A DNA stretch of 64,000 nt, from the NCBI GenBank assembly GCA_024742575.1, contig JANSYF010000002.1, positions 17,352 to 81,351 of the forward strand, written 5' to 3'. The DNA is from Paracoccaceae bacterium (GTDB lineage: Bacteria; Pseudomonadota; Alphaproteobacteria; Rhodobacterales; Rhodobacteraceae). Shown here in pieces: positions 20,344 through 28,258 of the stretch. A program made the translations under genes and the position numbers. Numbering within the stretch: position 1 is the first letter of the stretch; each line of letters begins with the position of its first letter. The notes beneath the pieces were generated by a model. That model saw only the letters and a list, made by a program, of their open reading frames with translations. It was not told the origin of the DNA and did no database searches.

Positions 20344-21096
20344 ATGACACTGTTTGGATATCGCCTTCCCGGAATGTCGTCACTTCTGCTTTGGGGGCTC
20401 CTGTGGGAGATCGTGGGTCAGGCCGGGCTGACGTTCTTCGTTCCACCGCTGAGCGAAGTTCTTGGAACGCTGTTCGAGATCCTTGGCACGGCCGCATTTC
20501 AGAAGGCCTTGTTCGAAACCGCTTATGCCTTTCTTGCCGGGGTCTTTTTCGCCATCGTGATCGGCATCCCAACCGGCATCCTGATGGGCAAAAGCCGCCT
20601 TTTGGACGAATTGCTTTTGCCTTGGGTCAACGTTTTCCTAAGCGCACCTCTGACCGCCCTCGTGCCGGTGCTGATGGTGCTGTTCGGCTTCGGAATGAAA
20701 TCGATCATCATCACCACCACGCTGTTCGCGATCTGGATCATTATCCTAAACTCGCGCGCCGGGGTCCGGCAGATCAACCGGTCGTTGGTTGAAATGGCGC
20801 ATAGCTTTGGCGCATCGCCAACTGATGCCTTCTTCAAAATCTATTTTTGGGCTGCGCTTCCCGAAATCCTTGGCGGGGTACGCATTGGAATCATCCGTGC
20901 TGTCAAAGGCGTGATCATCGGACAGCTTTTGATCTCCATCGTCGGATTTGGCGCTTTGTTTGAACTGTATTCGGCCAACTTCCTCATGGGCCATTTCTGG
21001 GCGGTTCTGATCGTGCTTTTCGCGCTGGCGTTCACGATCTCGGAATTCCTCGCCTATCTGGAACGGCGCGTGTCCTATTACGCGGCCAAACGGTGA
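20344..21096 (+). CDS. NitT/TauT ABC permease (second)
   Basis: Multi-TM; EMAHSFGAS; ALPEILGGVRIG. Confidence 0.85.
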   Translation: MTLFGYRLPGMSSLLLWGLLWEIVGQAGLTFFVPPLSEVLGTLFEILGTAAFQKALFETAYAFLAGVFFAIVIGIPTGILMGKSRLLDELLLPWVNVFLSAPLTALVPVLMVLFGFGMKSIIITTTLFAIWIIILNSRAGVRQINRSLVEMAHSFGASPTDAFFKIYFWAALPEILGGVRIGIIRAVKGVIIGQLLISIVGFGALFELYSANFLMGHFWAVLIVLFALAFTISEFLAYLERRVSYYAAKR

Positions 21097-21118
21097 TCGG
21101 AATGGAGGCACAAACCGC

Positions 21119-22111
21119 GTGAGTCACCTGAAACTGACACTGGCCACCTGGGACCACGACCGCATCATGGCTCTGCATGATGGGCGAGTGACGGTGCCCG
21201 GTGTCACGCTGGAAAGTCACATCCACCCGACATCCAAGCTGTTCCCTTGGGCAGTGCAAGAAGCGCGGTTCGACATCACGGAAATGTCCGTGTCCAGCTA
21301 TGTGCTGCAACTGTCGCGCGGCGGGTCAGACTATACCGCGATCCCCGCTTTCGTCAGCCGCGCATTCCGACACAGCGGTTTCTTTGCCCGTGCCGGTTCG
21401 GGCATCGAAAGCCCTGCCGATTTCGCAGGTCGCAAGATCGGCGTGCCGGAATACCAGATGACAGCGGCGCTATGGATGCGGGGCATTTTGGCGGACGAAT
21501 ACGGCGTGACTTGCGATGACATCCACTGGCGCACAGGTGCTTTGGACGAAGGTGTGCGGCGCGAACGGCTTGAACTGGCGCTGCCCAAAGGAATGGTGGT
21601 CGAGCCGATCACCGAAGGCGACACGCTTCAGGACATGTTGTTGCGCGGGGAAATCGACGGGTTGCTGGCACCGAAACCGCCTCAGGCGTTTTTAGACGGC
21701 AACCTGGACCTCGTGCGCCTGATCCCAGATTTCGAAGCAGCAGAACAAGCCTATCATGCGAAGACTGGGTTCTTCCCGATTATGCATCTCATTGGAATCC
21801 GCAATTCCGTGGCCGAAGCATACCCCGACCTGCCCCGCGCGCTTTATGACGCCTTCGTGCAATCACGAGACATTGCCATGGCACGGCTGCGCTCGGTCTG
21901 GCTGGGCAACGCCAACCGCATGAGTTTGCCTTGGCTTAACGCGGCAATGGAGCGAACGCTGGCCAGCATGGGGCCGGATTACTGGAGCTATGGCTGCACC
22001 GCCAATATGGCCGAGATCGACGCGATCTGCCGCTATTCGCTGGATCAGCACCTCGCGGCAGGTCCAGTCGCGCCCCAATCCCTGTTCCACCCTTCGGTTC
22101 TGGACACCTGA
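21119..22111 (+). CDS. 4,5-dihydroxyphthalate decarboxylase-like protein (PhtD/OphC-like)
   Basis: LKLTLATWDHDR..L.DGRV, FDITEMSVSSY, AFRHS, IGVPEYQMTAALW, TGFFPIMH; no signal peptide. Confidence 0.75.
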   Translation: MSHLKLTLATWDHDRIMALHDGRVTVPGVTLESHIHPTSKLFPWAVQEARFDITEMSVSSYVLQLSRGGSDYTAIPAFVSRAFRHSGFFARAGSGIESPADFAGRKIGVPEYQMTAALWMRGILADEYGVTCDDIHWRTGALDEGVRRERLELALPKGMVVEPITEGDTLQDMLLRGEIDGLLAPKPPQAFLDGNLDLVRLIPDFEAAEQAYHAKTGFFPIMHLIGIRNSVAEAYPDLPRALYDAFVQSRDIAMARLRSVWLGNANRMSLPWLNAAMERTLASMGPDYWSYGCTANMAEIDAICRYSLDQHLAAGPVAPQSLFHPSVLDT

Positions 22112-22112
22112 G

Positions 22113-22898
22113 ATGATGGAAATGTGGCACGCAGGACTGGGATGGCCGACCGCAAGCGCATTGCTCGCCGTCAGTTTTGCGAGCTCTTTCATCACGATCG
22201 CCTTTGGCATCGGCGGTGGCGCCGTGATGCTGGCCGTTCTGGCGACGCTATTGCCCGCCGCTGCGATCGTTCCTGTGCATGGGCTTGTCCAACTGGGCTC
22301 GAACGCCGGACGCGCAGCGATCATGACACGCTATATGCGGTTCGATTTGCTGGGGCCGTTTGCCATCGGGGCCTTAATCGGCATCTTTCTAGGTGGTTCG
22401 CTTGTCGTCCAGCTAGAGGCGGGTTGGATACAGATCGGAGTCGGTCTTTTCATCCTGTGGTCCGTCGTGGCGAAACCACCCGCCTTTCTGCGCAGATCCG
22501 GCGTGATCACCGGGGTGTTTTCCAGCTTTCTGACGATGTTCTTCGGTGGAACCGGACCGTTTGTTGCGACCTACGTCAAAGCGCAGGATCTTGAACGTCA
22601 TGCCCATGTCGCGACCCACGCGATGTTCATGACGCTTCAGCATCTGCTTAAGACCATAGCCTTTGGCATTTTGGGTTTTGCCTTCAGCATCTGGGCCGGG
22701 CTGATCGTACTGCTGATTGCCGCTGGGGTACTGGGCACGCTGGCCGGACGGGTGATGCTGGCCCAGATCGACGACCGGCGTTTCCGGATCGTACTGAATG
22801 TCATTCTGACGCTTCTGGCGGCGCGGCTCATCTATGCCGGCGCTGCCGACATCTTTTTTACCGAGGCAGCACAACTGCCGACAGGAGGACGTGACTAA
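22113..22898 (+). CDS. TauE/SafE sulfite exporter family membrane protein
   Basis: AFGIGGG, VPVHGLVQLGSN, GGTGP; about 8 TMs. Confidence 0.8.
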   Translation: MMEMWHAGLGWPTASALLAVSFASSFITIAFGIGGGAVMLAVLATLLPAAAIVPVHGLVQLGSNAGRAAIMTRYMRFDLLGPFAIGALIGIFLGGSLVVQLEAGWIQIGVGLFILWSVVAKPPAFLRRSGVITGVFSSFLTMFFGGTGPFVATYVKAQDLERHAHVATHAMFMTLQHLLKTIAFGILGFAFSIWAGLIVLLIAAGVLGTLAGRVMLAQIDDRRFRIVLNVILTLLAARLIYAGAADIFFTEAAQLPTGGRD

Positions 22899-22977
22899 CC
22901 TGCAAAGACACAGCGCGATCTTTGCGGGCGACCACCAAATGCGCGTGTGAACTTGAACATGAAAACGGGAGGAAACC

Positions 22978-23979
22978 ATGTCCATGAAACCAATGATCAC
23001 CCGCCGGGGCCTACTGGGTACAGGGGCCGCTGCTGCGACCCTCACACTTGCCACACCCGGCTTATTGCGTGCCAGCACATTCCCCGAAGGCAACATAAAC
23101 GTTTATATCCCAACATCAGAAGGCGGCGGCGCAGACCGCAACTTCCGTGCGTTTTCCAGCGTATGGAAAGAAAAGCTGGGCACTGATTTCGAGCCGGGCT
23201 TCTACCCCGGTGCATCGGGTCGGGTCGGCTATGAGATCTACATGGGGAAAGCGGACCCTGACTGCTACAACCTGATCTTTGGCAATATGGGACCGGAAGT
23301 TCTGAATTGGGCGATGCAGGAACCCAGCTTTGATGTGAATGACTATTTCTACTTCGGTCAGGTCGACAAAGACCCCTGCTGCTTGTTCGTTGGCGCGGAA
23401 AGCCCGCTGCAAACGATGGACGACATCATCGCAGCGGCCAAGACCCGCAAGTTGAACGTGGGTACAAGCCGTATGGCGCACCCGGCATCCATCGGTCTTT
23501 TGGCGTTGGGCGACAAGTTGGGGATCGAATTCAACCTGATCCCACTTCAGGGTGGCAAAAGCACGGTTGCAGGTGCGGTCACTGGCGAAGTTGATTTCTC
23601 TGTTCTGACCTCGGGATCGGTGATTGCGGCAGGCGATAGCGTGAAAACGCTTCTGGTCTTCGGAAACAATATCGTTGGCGAAGCTTTAGACAACGCTCCA
23701 AGCATCAACGACGCCTACGATATGGACCTGCCGGAAATGCTGTCGGCACGCGCCTTCGGAATACATAAGAAGGCGGCTGACGATAATCCCGACCGGTTCG
23801 AAGTCCTGACACGGACTTTCAAGGAAACGTTCGAAGATCCCAAACTGCTGGAAGCCTACGTCGCAAGCAGAGGTACGCCGGAATACCTGCAATATGCAGG
23901 CATTGAAGAATGTGCTGCCTTCAAAAGCGCAATGCTCGAACTGGGTGCACGCTACAAGTCACTGCTCAGCGGAGCTTGA
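22978..23979 (+). CDS. tctC: Tripartite tricarboxylate transporter substrate-binding protein (TctC/Bug) with Tat signal
   Basis: TRRGLL twin-arginine motif; FPEGNI..GGGAD; PGASG; IPLQGG. Confidence 0.82.
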   Translation: MSMKPMITRRGLLGTGAAAATLTLATPGLLRASTFPEGNINVYIPTSEGGGADRNFRAFSSVWKEKLGTDFEPGFYPGASGRVGYEIYMGKADPDCYNLIFGNMGPEVLNWAMQEPSFDVNDYFYFGQVDKDPCCLFVGAESPLQTMDDIIAAAKTRKLNVGTSRMAHPASIGLLALGDKLGIEFNLIPLQGGKSTVAGAVTGEVDFSVLTSGSVIAAGDSVKTLLVFGNNIVGEALDNAPSINDAYDMDLPEMLSARAFGIHKKAADDNPDRFEVLTRTFKETFEDPKLLEAYVASRGTPEYLQYAGIEECAAFKSAMLELGARYKSLLSGA

Positions 23980-24054
23980 CGACGCATAGGCCCGGCAGCG
24001 CGGAGGCACCTGCCGGGCCATCCATTCCAATCCGCATACAGGGACGCAGACATC

Positions 24055-24567
24055 ATGGCATCGGAGCACCACAAACCACCGCGCCAATTGGGCGGTGAGC
24101 TTGTGATCCCCATCATCGCGGTGGGCTTCACGATCTACTTCTTCTCGACGATTTGGAACTCGCCTTGGACGGCGCAGGTCAGCGCCTTCATGGTCGGAGG
24201 GTTCCTGCTTTTCGTTTGTGCGATCTTTTTTGTGCGTTGCGCAGTCTGGCTTAGCCGCGGTGAGGGCAGTCTTGGGTTCGGGAACCTATTTACAATCGAA
24301 GACATTCGAACCGGCCGTATTGGTCTACTGTTCACGACGATTGCCTACGTGATGTTCATCGACACGTTGGGCTTTACCCTGATGACCTTTCTGTTTCTGG
24401 CGATCAGCATGCTGATCTTGGCCAAAGGCAAACGACCGGGTTTCATCTTAATGATTTCAGGGGCAATGGCGTTGACCGGATGGGCGGTCTTTATCTGGGC
24501 GTTCGACACGCGTTTCCCACGAGGCTGGTTCGAAACCATGATGAAAGCGGTGCTGGCCAATGGATAG
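24055..24567 (+). CDS. tctB: TctB-family small TM subunit
   Basis: 4 TMs, LGF motif, C-terminal FDTRFPRG; lies between tctC and tctA. Confidence 0.75.
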   Translation: MASEHHKPPRQLGGELVIPIIAVGFTIYFFSTIWNSPWTAQVSAFMVGGFLLFVCAIFFVRCAVWLSRGEGSLGFGNLFTIEDIRTGRIGLLFTTIAYVMFIDTLGFTLMTFLFLAISMLILAKGKRPGFILMISGAMALTGWAVFIWAFDTRFPRGWFETMMKAVLANG

Positions 24568-26074
24568 CAGCACAGCCTCCATCCTTGCCGAAGTGTTCTT
24601 TGAGACACTGGGCTATTGGTACATCATCATCCCGACGATTTTCCTTGGCTTGATCGTTGGCGGCATCCCCGGATTCTCAGCGGCCAACACGATCATCATC
24701 CTGATGCCATTGACGCTGGCGCTTGACCTGCAATCGGGGCTGGTGTTCATGATTTCGCTCTATTGCTCGGCCCGGATGGGCGCGGGTATCCCCGCCATTC
24801 TGGTGAACATTCCGGGCACGGCCGGGGCTGCCGCAACGCCGTTGGACGGCTACCCGATGGCAAAGCAGGGTAAAGGCCAACAAGCGCTTGCCATCTCTTT
24901 TGTGGCATCCTGTATTGGCGGCTTGCTGACAACAATGATTGCTCTGGCAACCATGCCAATCCTTGCGCGTGTCGGGTTCTACATGCACTCAGTCGAGATG
25001 ATCGTCGTCATGTTGTTTGGCATTTCCCTGATCGCATCGATTGCAGCGCAGGATATGGTTAAGGGCCTGATCGCGGGATTTCTGGGGCTGATGATCGGAT
25101 CAATTGGCACCGACGTGGTCTATGCGACACCACGCGCCACGTTCGGATTTCTTGAACTCTATGACGGGGTGCCTTTGATCCCTGCCCTTGTCGGCCTGTT
25201 TGCCGTGTCCGAAGCCTTTGTGATCATCGAAAAGCGGGTGATCGTAAATCATACAAATGAACCGAAAGCACCCAACTGGACAGACACGTTCGACGGCGTT
25301 CGCATCGCGCTCAAGCGGTGGGTGCATATCGTCTGGACGTCGATTATTGGTCTAGTCATAGGTGTGATCCCCGGCGCTGGCGCGTCGATCGCAAGCTTTG
25401 TTGCCTATCAGCAATCCCGCAGCTTCTCCAAGACGCCTGAATTGTACGGCACCGGGCATCCCGAAGGCTTGATCGCCCCCGAATCCGCAAACAACGGCGT
25501 GACCTCGGGCACTCTGGTTCCGCTGTTGGTGCTTGGCATTCCCGGCGGGGCAACTGCCGCGATCATGTTGGTGGTGATGCAGTTCCACGGTGTCAGCTTT
25601 GGTCCGTCCCTGTTTGAGGACCAACCAAAGGTCGGCTACGGCATGTTCATGGCAATGGCGGTCAGCTATGTAATCATGTTCCTGACGATCCTGCCGCTTA
25701 GCCGCTACATGAGCCACGTCACGACGGTTCCTACGATTTACCTTGCCCCAATGATCATCGCCTTCACTCTGGTCGGCGGGTTTGTCCCGCGGGAATACAT
25801 GTTCGACATGTATCTTGCCTTGGCCTTTGGTGTTTTAGGCTACATCGCCCGCCGCACCGGTTATCACGTGGCCGCGATCCTGATCGGGGTCATTCTTGGT
25901 CCGCTCTTGGAAAAATACTTCCTCTGGTCGCTCAAGAAATCCGACGGTGACATCATGGTTCTGTTCTCGTCCACGCTGGGCAACATACTTTGGGTCGCCT
26001 TCGCAATGTCCATCATCCTGCCCATCGTCTTTGGCATGCGGCGCAAACGCAAACTTGAGGTGCCTGCAGAATGA
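24560..26074 (+). CDS. tctA: TctA-family large permease
   Basis: GGIPG, AILVNIPGT..TPLDGYPMAKQG, APESANN, LVLGIPG. Confidence 0.9.
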   Translation: MDSSTASILAEVFFETLGYWYIIIPTIFLGLIVGGIPGFSAANTIIILMPLTLALDLQSGLVFMISLYCSARMGAGIPAILVNIPGTAGAAATPLDGYPMAKQGKGQQALAISFVASCIGGLLTTMIALATMPILARVGFYMHSVEMIVVMLFGISLIASIAAQDMVKGLIAGFLGLMIGSIGTDVVYATPRATFGFLELYDGVPLIPALVGLFAVSEAFVIIEKRVIVNHTNEPKAPNWTDTFDGVRIALKRWVHIVWTSIIGLVIGVIPGAGASIASFVAYQQSRSFSKTPELYGTGHPEGLIAPESANNGVTSGTLVPLLVLGIPGGATAAIMLVVMQFHGVSFGPSLFEDQPKVGYGMFMAMAVSYVIMFLTILPLSRYMSHVTTVPTIYLAPMIIAFTLVGGFVPREYMFDMYLALAFGVLGYIARRTGYHVAAILIGVILGPLLEKYFLWSLKKSDGDIMVLFSSTLGNILWVAFAMSIILPIVFGMRRKRKLEVPAE

Positions 26075-27330
26075 AACGAGAAGTCGAATACGAACTGGCG
26101 CGCAATATCCGCCGATTGGGTCATCTCGATATCGAGGGCGGTGGCGAAGTGGTCGTGCGGGGCAGCTATGCCTATGTCGGCCATATGAAACCGCCCATGG
26201 GCACGTCGATCATCGATGTGTCAGATCCCACCAATCCCACGGTTGTGTCACATGTCGCCCCACCGGATGAATGGTCGCATACCCATAAGGTCAAGGTGGT
26301 CGGCGATCTGATGATCACCAATGTCGAAATGGACCGCCGACATTTCCTGCGCAAAGGCGATAAGATCGCGGGCCTGCGCGCCGAAGGGCTGACGGACGCC
26401 CAGATCGCCGAGCGCCTGTCGGTCAAACCATCGGATATCCCTGTTCTGGAAGAAGCATTGCAGCGTGGGTATCACAGCGGCGGGTTCCGTATCTGGGACA
26501 TCTCGGACAAGACCGCGCCCAAGTTGCTGTCTTACGTCAAGACGCACGGGTTCGGCGTACACCGCTTCGATATGGACGCGAATTACGCCTATATCTCGAC
26601 CGAGATGGACGGCTATGTCGGCAACATCCTTGTCATCTTTGACCTGTCTGCCCCCACAAACCCGACCGAAGTATCGCGCTGGCATATGCCGGGGCAGCAC
26701 GTGGCCAATGGCGAAACCCCCACCGGCGTTGGCTACAGCCACCGCTTGCACCACGCGATGCGCTGCGGGGATGAGCTTTGGGCAGCGGTCTGGCATGCGG
26801 GGTTTCGGGTACTTGACGCAAGCGACATTACCAAGCCGACAGTCAAAGGCAGTTACCGCTTTCCTGCGGCAATTCCCGAACCGACCCATACCGTCATGCC
26901 GCTGGAGCAAACCATCAACGGCAAACGCTATGCCGTTGTCATCGACGAAGAGCATGCCCACCAGCCCGGCCGCCTGCACGGCTTTATCTGGATTATGGAC
27001 GTTACCGACTTGACCAAAATGGAACCCATCGCAGCATGGGATCTGTCCGAAAGGTTTTGCCCATGGGTTGGTGAAGAGGGTGTAAGGTTTGGCGGGCATC
27101 AATTCCGCGAAAAACTCGACAGCACGCTGATCTATGCCACTTGGTTTGCCGGTGGACTTAGGGTTCTCGACGTCGCTGATCCTTACCTGCCCGTCGAAGT
27201 TGCGCATTTCATGGAGCCCGGCCCGACCGGTGCCCCGCCACAGTCAAATGACGTAGACGTGGACGACAAGGGCCTGATCTATGTCCTCGACCGCAACCGT
27301 GGCCTTGATATTCTGGAGATGTCCCTGTGA
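26071..27330 (+). CDS. LVIVD-repeat beta-propeller protein, His-rich, with HTH-like insertion
   Basis: Repeats IIDVSDP/IWDISDK/IFDLSAP/VLDASDI/IMDVTDL/VLDVADP; HTHK, HRLHHA, PTHT, GGHQF. Confidence 0.75.
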   Translation: MKREVEYELARNIRRLGHLDIEGGGEVVVRGSYAYVGHMKPPMGTSIIDVSDPTNPTVVSHVAPPDEWSHTHKVKVVGDLMITNVEMDRRHFLRKGDKIAGLRAEGLTDAQIAERLSVKPSDIPVLEEALQRGYHSGGFRIWDISDKTAPKLLSYVKTHGFGVHRFDMDANYAYISTEMDGYVGNILVIFDLSAPTNPTEVSRWHMPGQHVANGETPTGVGYSHRLHHAMRCGDELWAAVWHAGFRVLDASDITKPTVKGSYRFPAAIPEPTHTVMPLEQTINGKRYAVVIDEEHAHQPGRLHGFIWIMDVTDLTKMEPIAAWDLSERFCPWVGEEGVRFGGHQFREKLDSTLIYATWFAGGLRVLDVADPYLPVEVAHFMEPGPTGAPPQSNDVDVDDKGLIYVLDRNRGLDILEMSL

Positions 27331-27806
27331 GGGATAACGACCTTTTGCCCCCCAGCGTCGACCCAAATACCAAGGCGCTGGGCATCCGCCGCGTCAGCGC
27401 GCGAAACGAGGCCTCGACCCGATCTGTCATGATGGTCCGCGATCACATTGTCATCACCGATGAGAAGGAATCGAACACCGGCCCCACGCCTTTGGAAATG
27501 ACGCTCTCTTCGCTTCTTGGCTGCGAAGGCGTCATCATCAACCGCTGTGCCGAAGCGATGCAATTCACCTACACCGCAGTCGACATGGAAGCCGATGGCG
27601 AGGTTGACCAGCGCGGTAGCCGTGGCGTGCAGGGTGTGCGCCCATTCTTCAACTGGGTCAAACTGCGCATTCGCGTGCACACAGAAGAAACCCAAGAACG
27701 TTTTGACCGGCTTACACGGAACGTCGAATATCGCTGCCCGGTGATGAACCTTTTCAAATCGGCGGATGTGGATGTGCAAATCACTTGGGAGCGTGTCACG
27801 CCGTGA
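27327..27806 (+). CDS. OsmC/Ohr-family protein
   Basis: TDEK..GPTPLE..LLGC and second Cys in EYRCPV; GTGA coupling. Confidence 0.8.
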   Translation: MRDNDLLPPSVDPNTKALGIRRVSARNEASTRSVMMVRDHIVITDEKESNTGPTPLEMTLSSLLGCEGVIINRCAEAMQFTYTAVDMEADGEVDQRGSRGVQGVRPFFNWVKLRIRVHTEETQERFDRLTRNVEYRCPVMNLFKSADVDVQITWERVTP

Positions 27807-28258
27807 ATCGCAGCCTGACGATTAACGGAATACGGCACGACATCACGTCCGACCCGGATACCCCGCTGGTCTATGTTCTTCGGGATGAGCTGAAACTCAA
27901 GGGCACCAAGCTGGGTTGCGGGTTGGAGCAATGCGGTGCTTGCGCGGTCATGGTTGATGGCAAGGTGGTTCTGTCCTGCGTCTCCCCGGTCGACATGTTC
28001 GACGGCAAGGACATCACAACAATCGAAGGGATAGCTGCGACCGAAATCGGACAACGCGTGCAACAAGCGTTCATCGATGAAACCGCCGCACAATGTGGGT
28101 ATTGCACCTCTGGGCTGGTTGTCGCGGCTACAGCGCTTCTGGCGGAAAACCCCGCACCGGACAGCGACGCGACCAAAGCCGCGCTGACCCCACACTTGTG
28201 CCGCTGCGGGTCGCATCCGCGCGTTCTTAACGCCATAAAACGAGCCATCGAAACATGA
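27803..28258 (+). CDS. (2Fe-2S)x2 small subunit of a Mo-hydroxylase (CoxS/IorA/NicA-like)
   Basis: GTKLGCGLEQCGAC, QCGYC, HLCRCG. Confidence 0.92.
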   Translation: MNRSLTINGIRHDITSDPDTPLVYVLRDELKLKGTKLGCGLEQCGACAVMVDGKVVLSCVSPVDMFDGKDITTIEGIAATEIGQRVQQAFIDETAAQCGYCTSGLVVAATALLAENPAPDSDATKAALTPHLCRCGSHPRVLNAIKRAIET

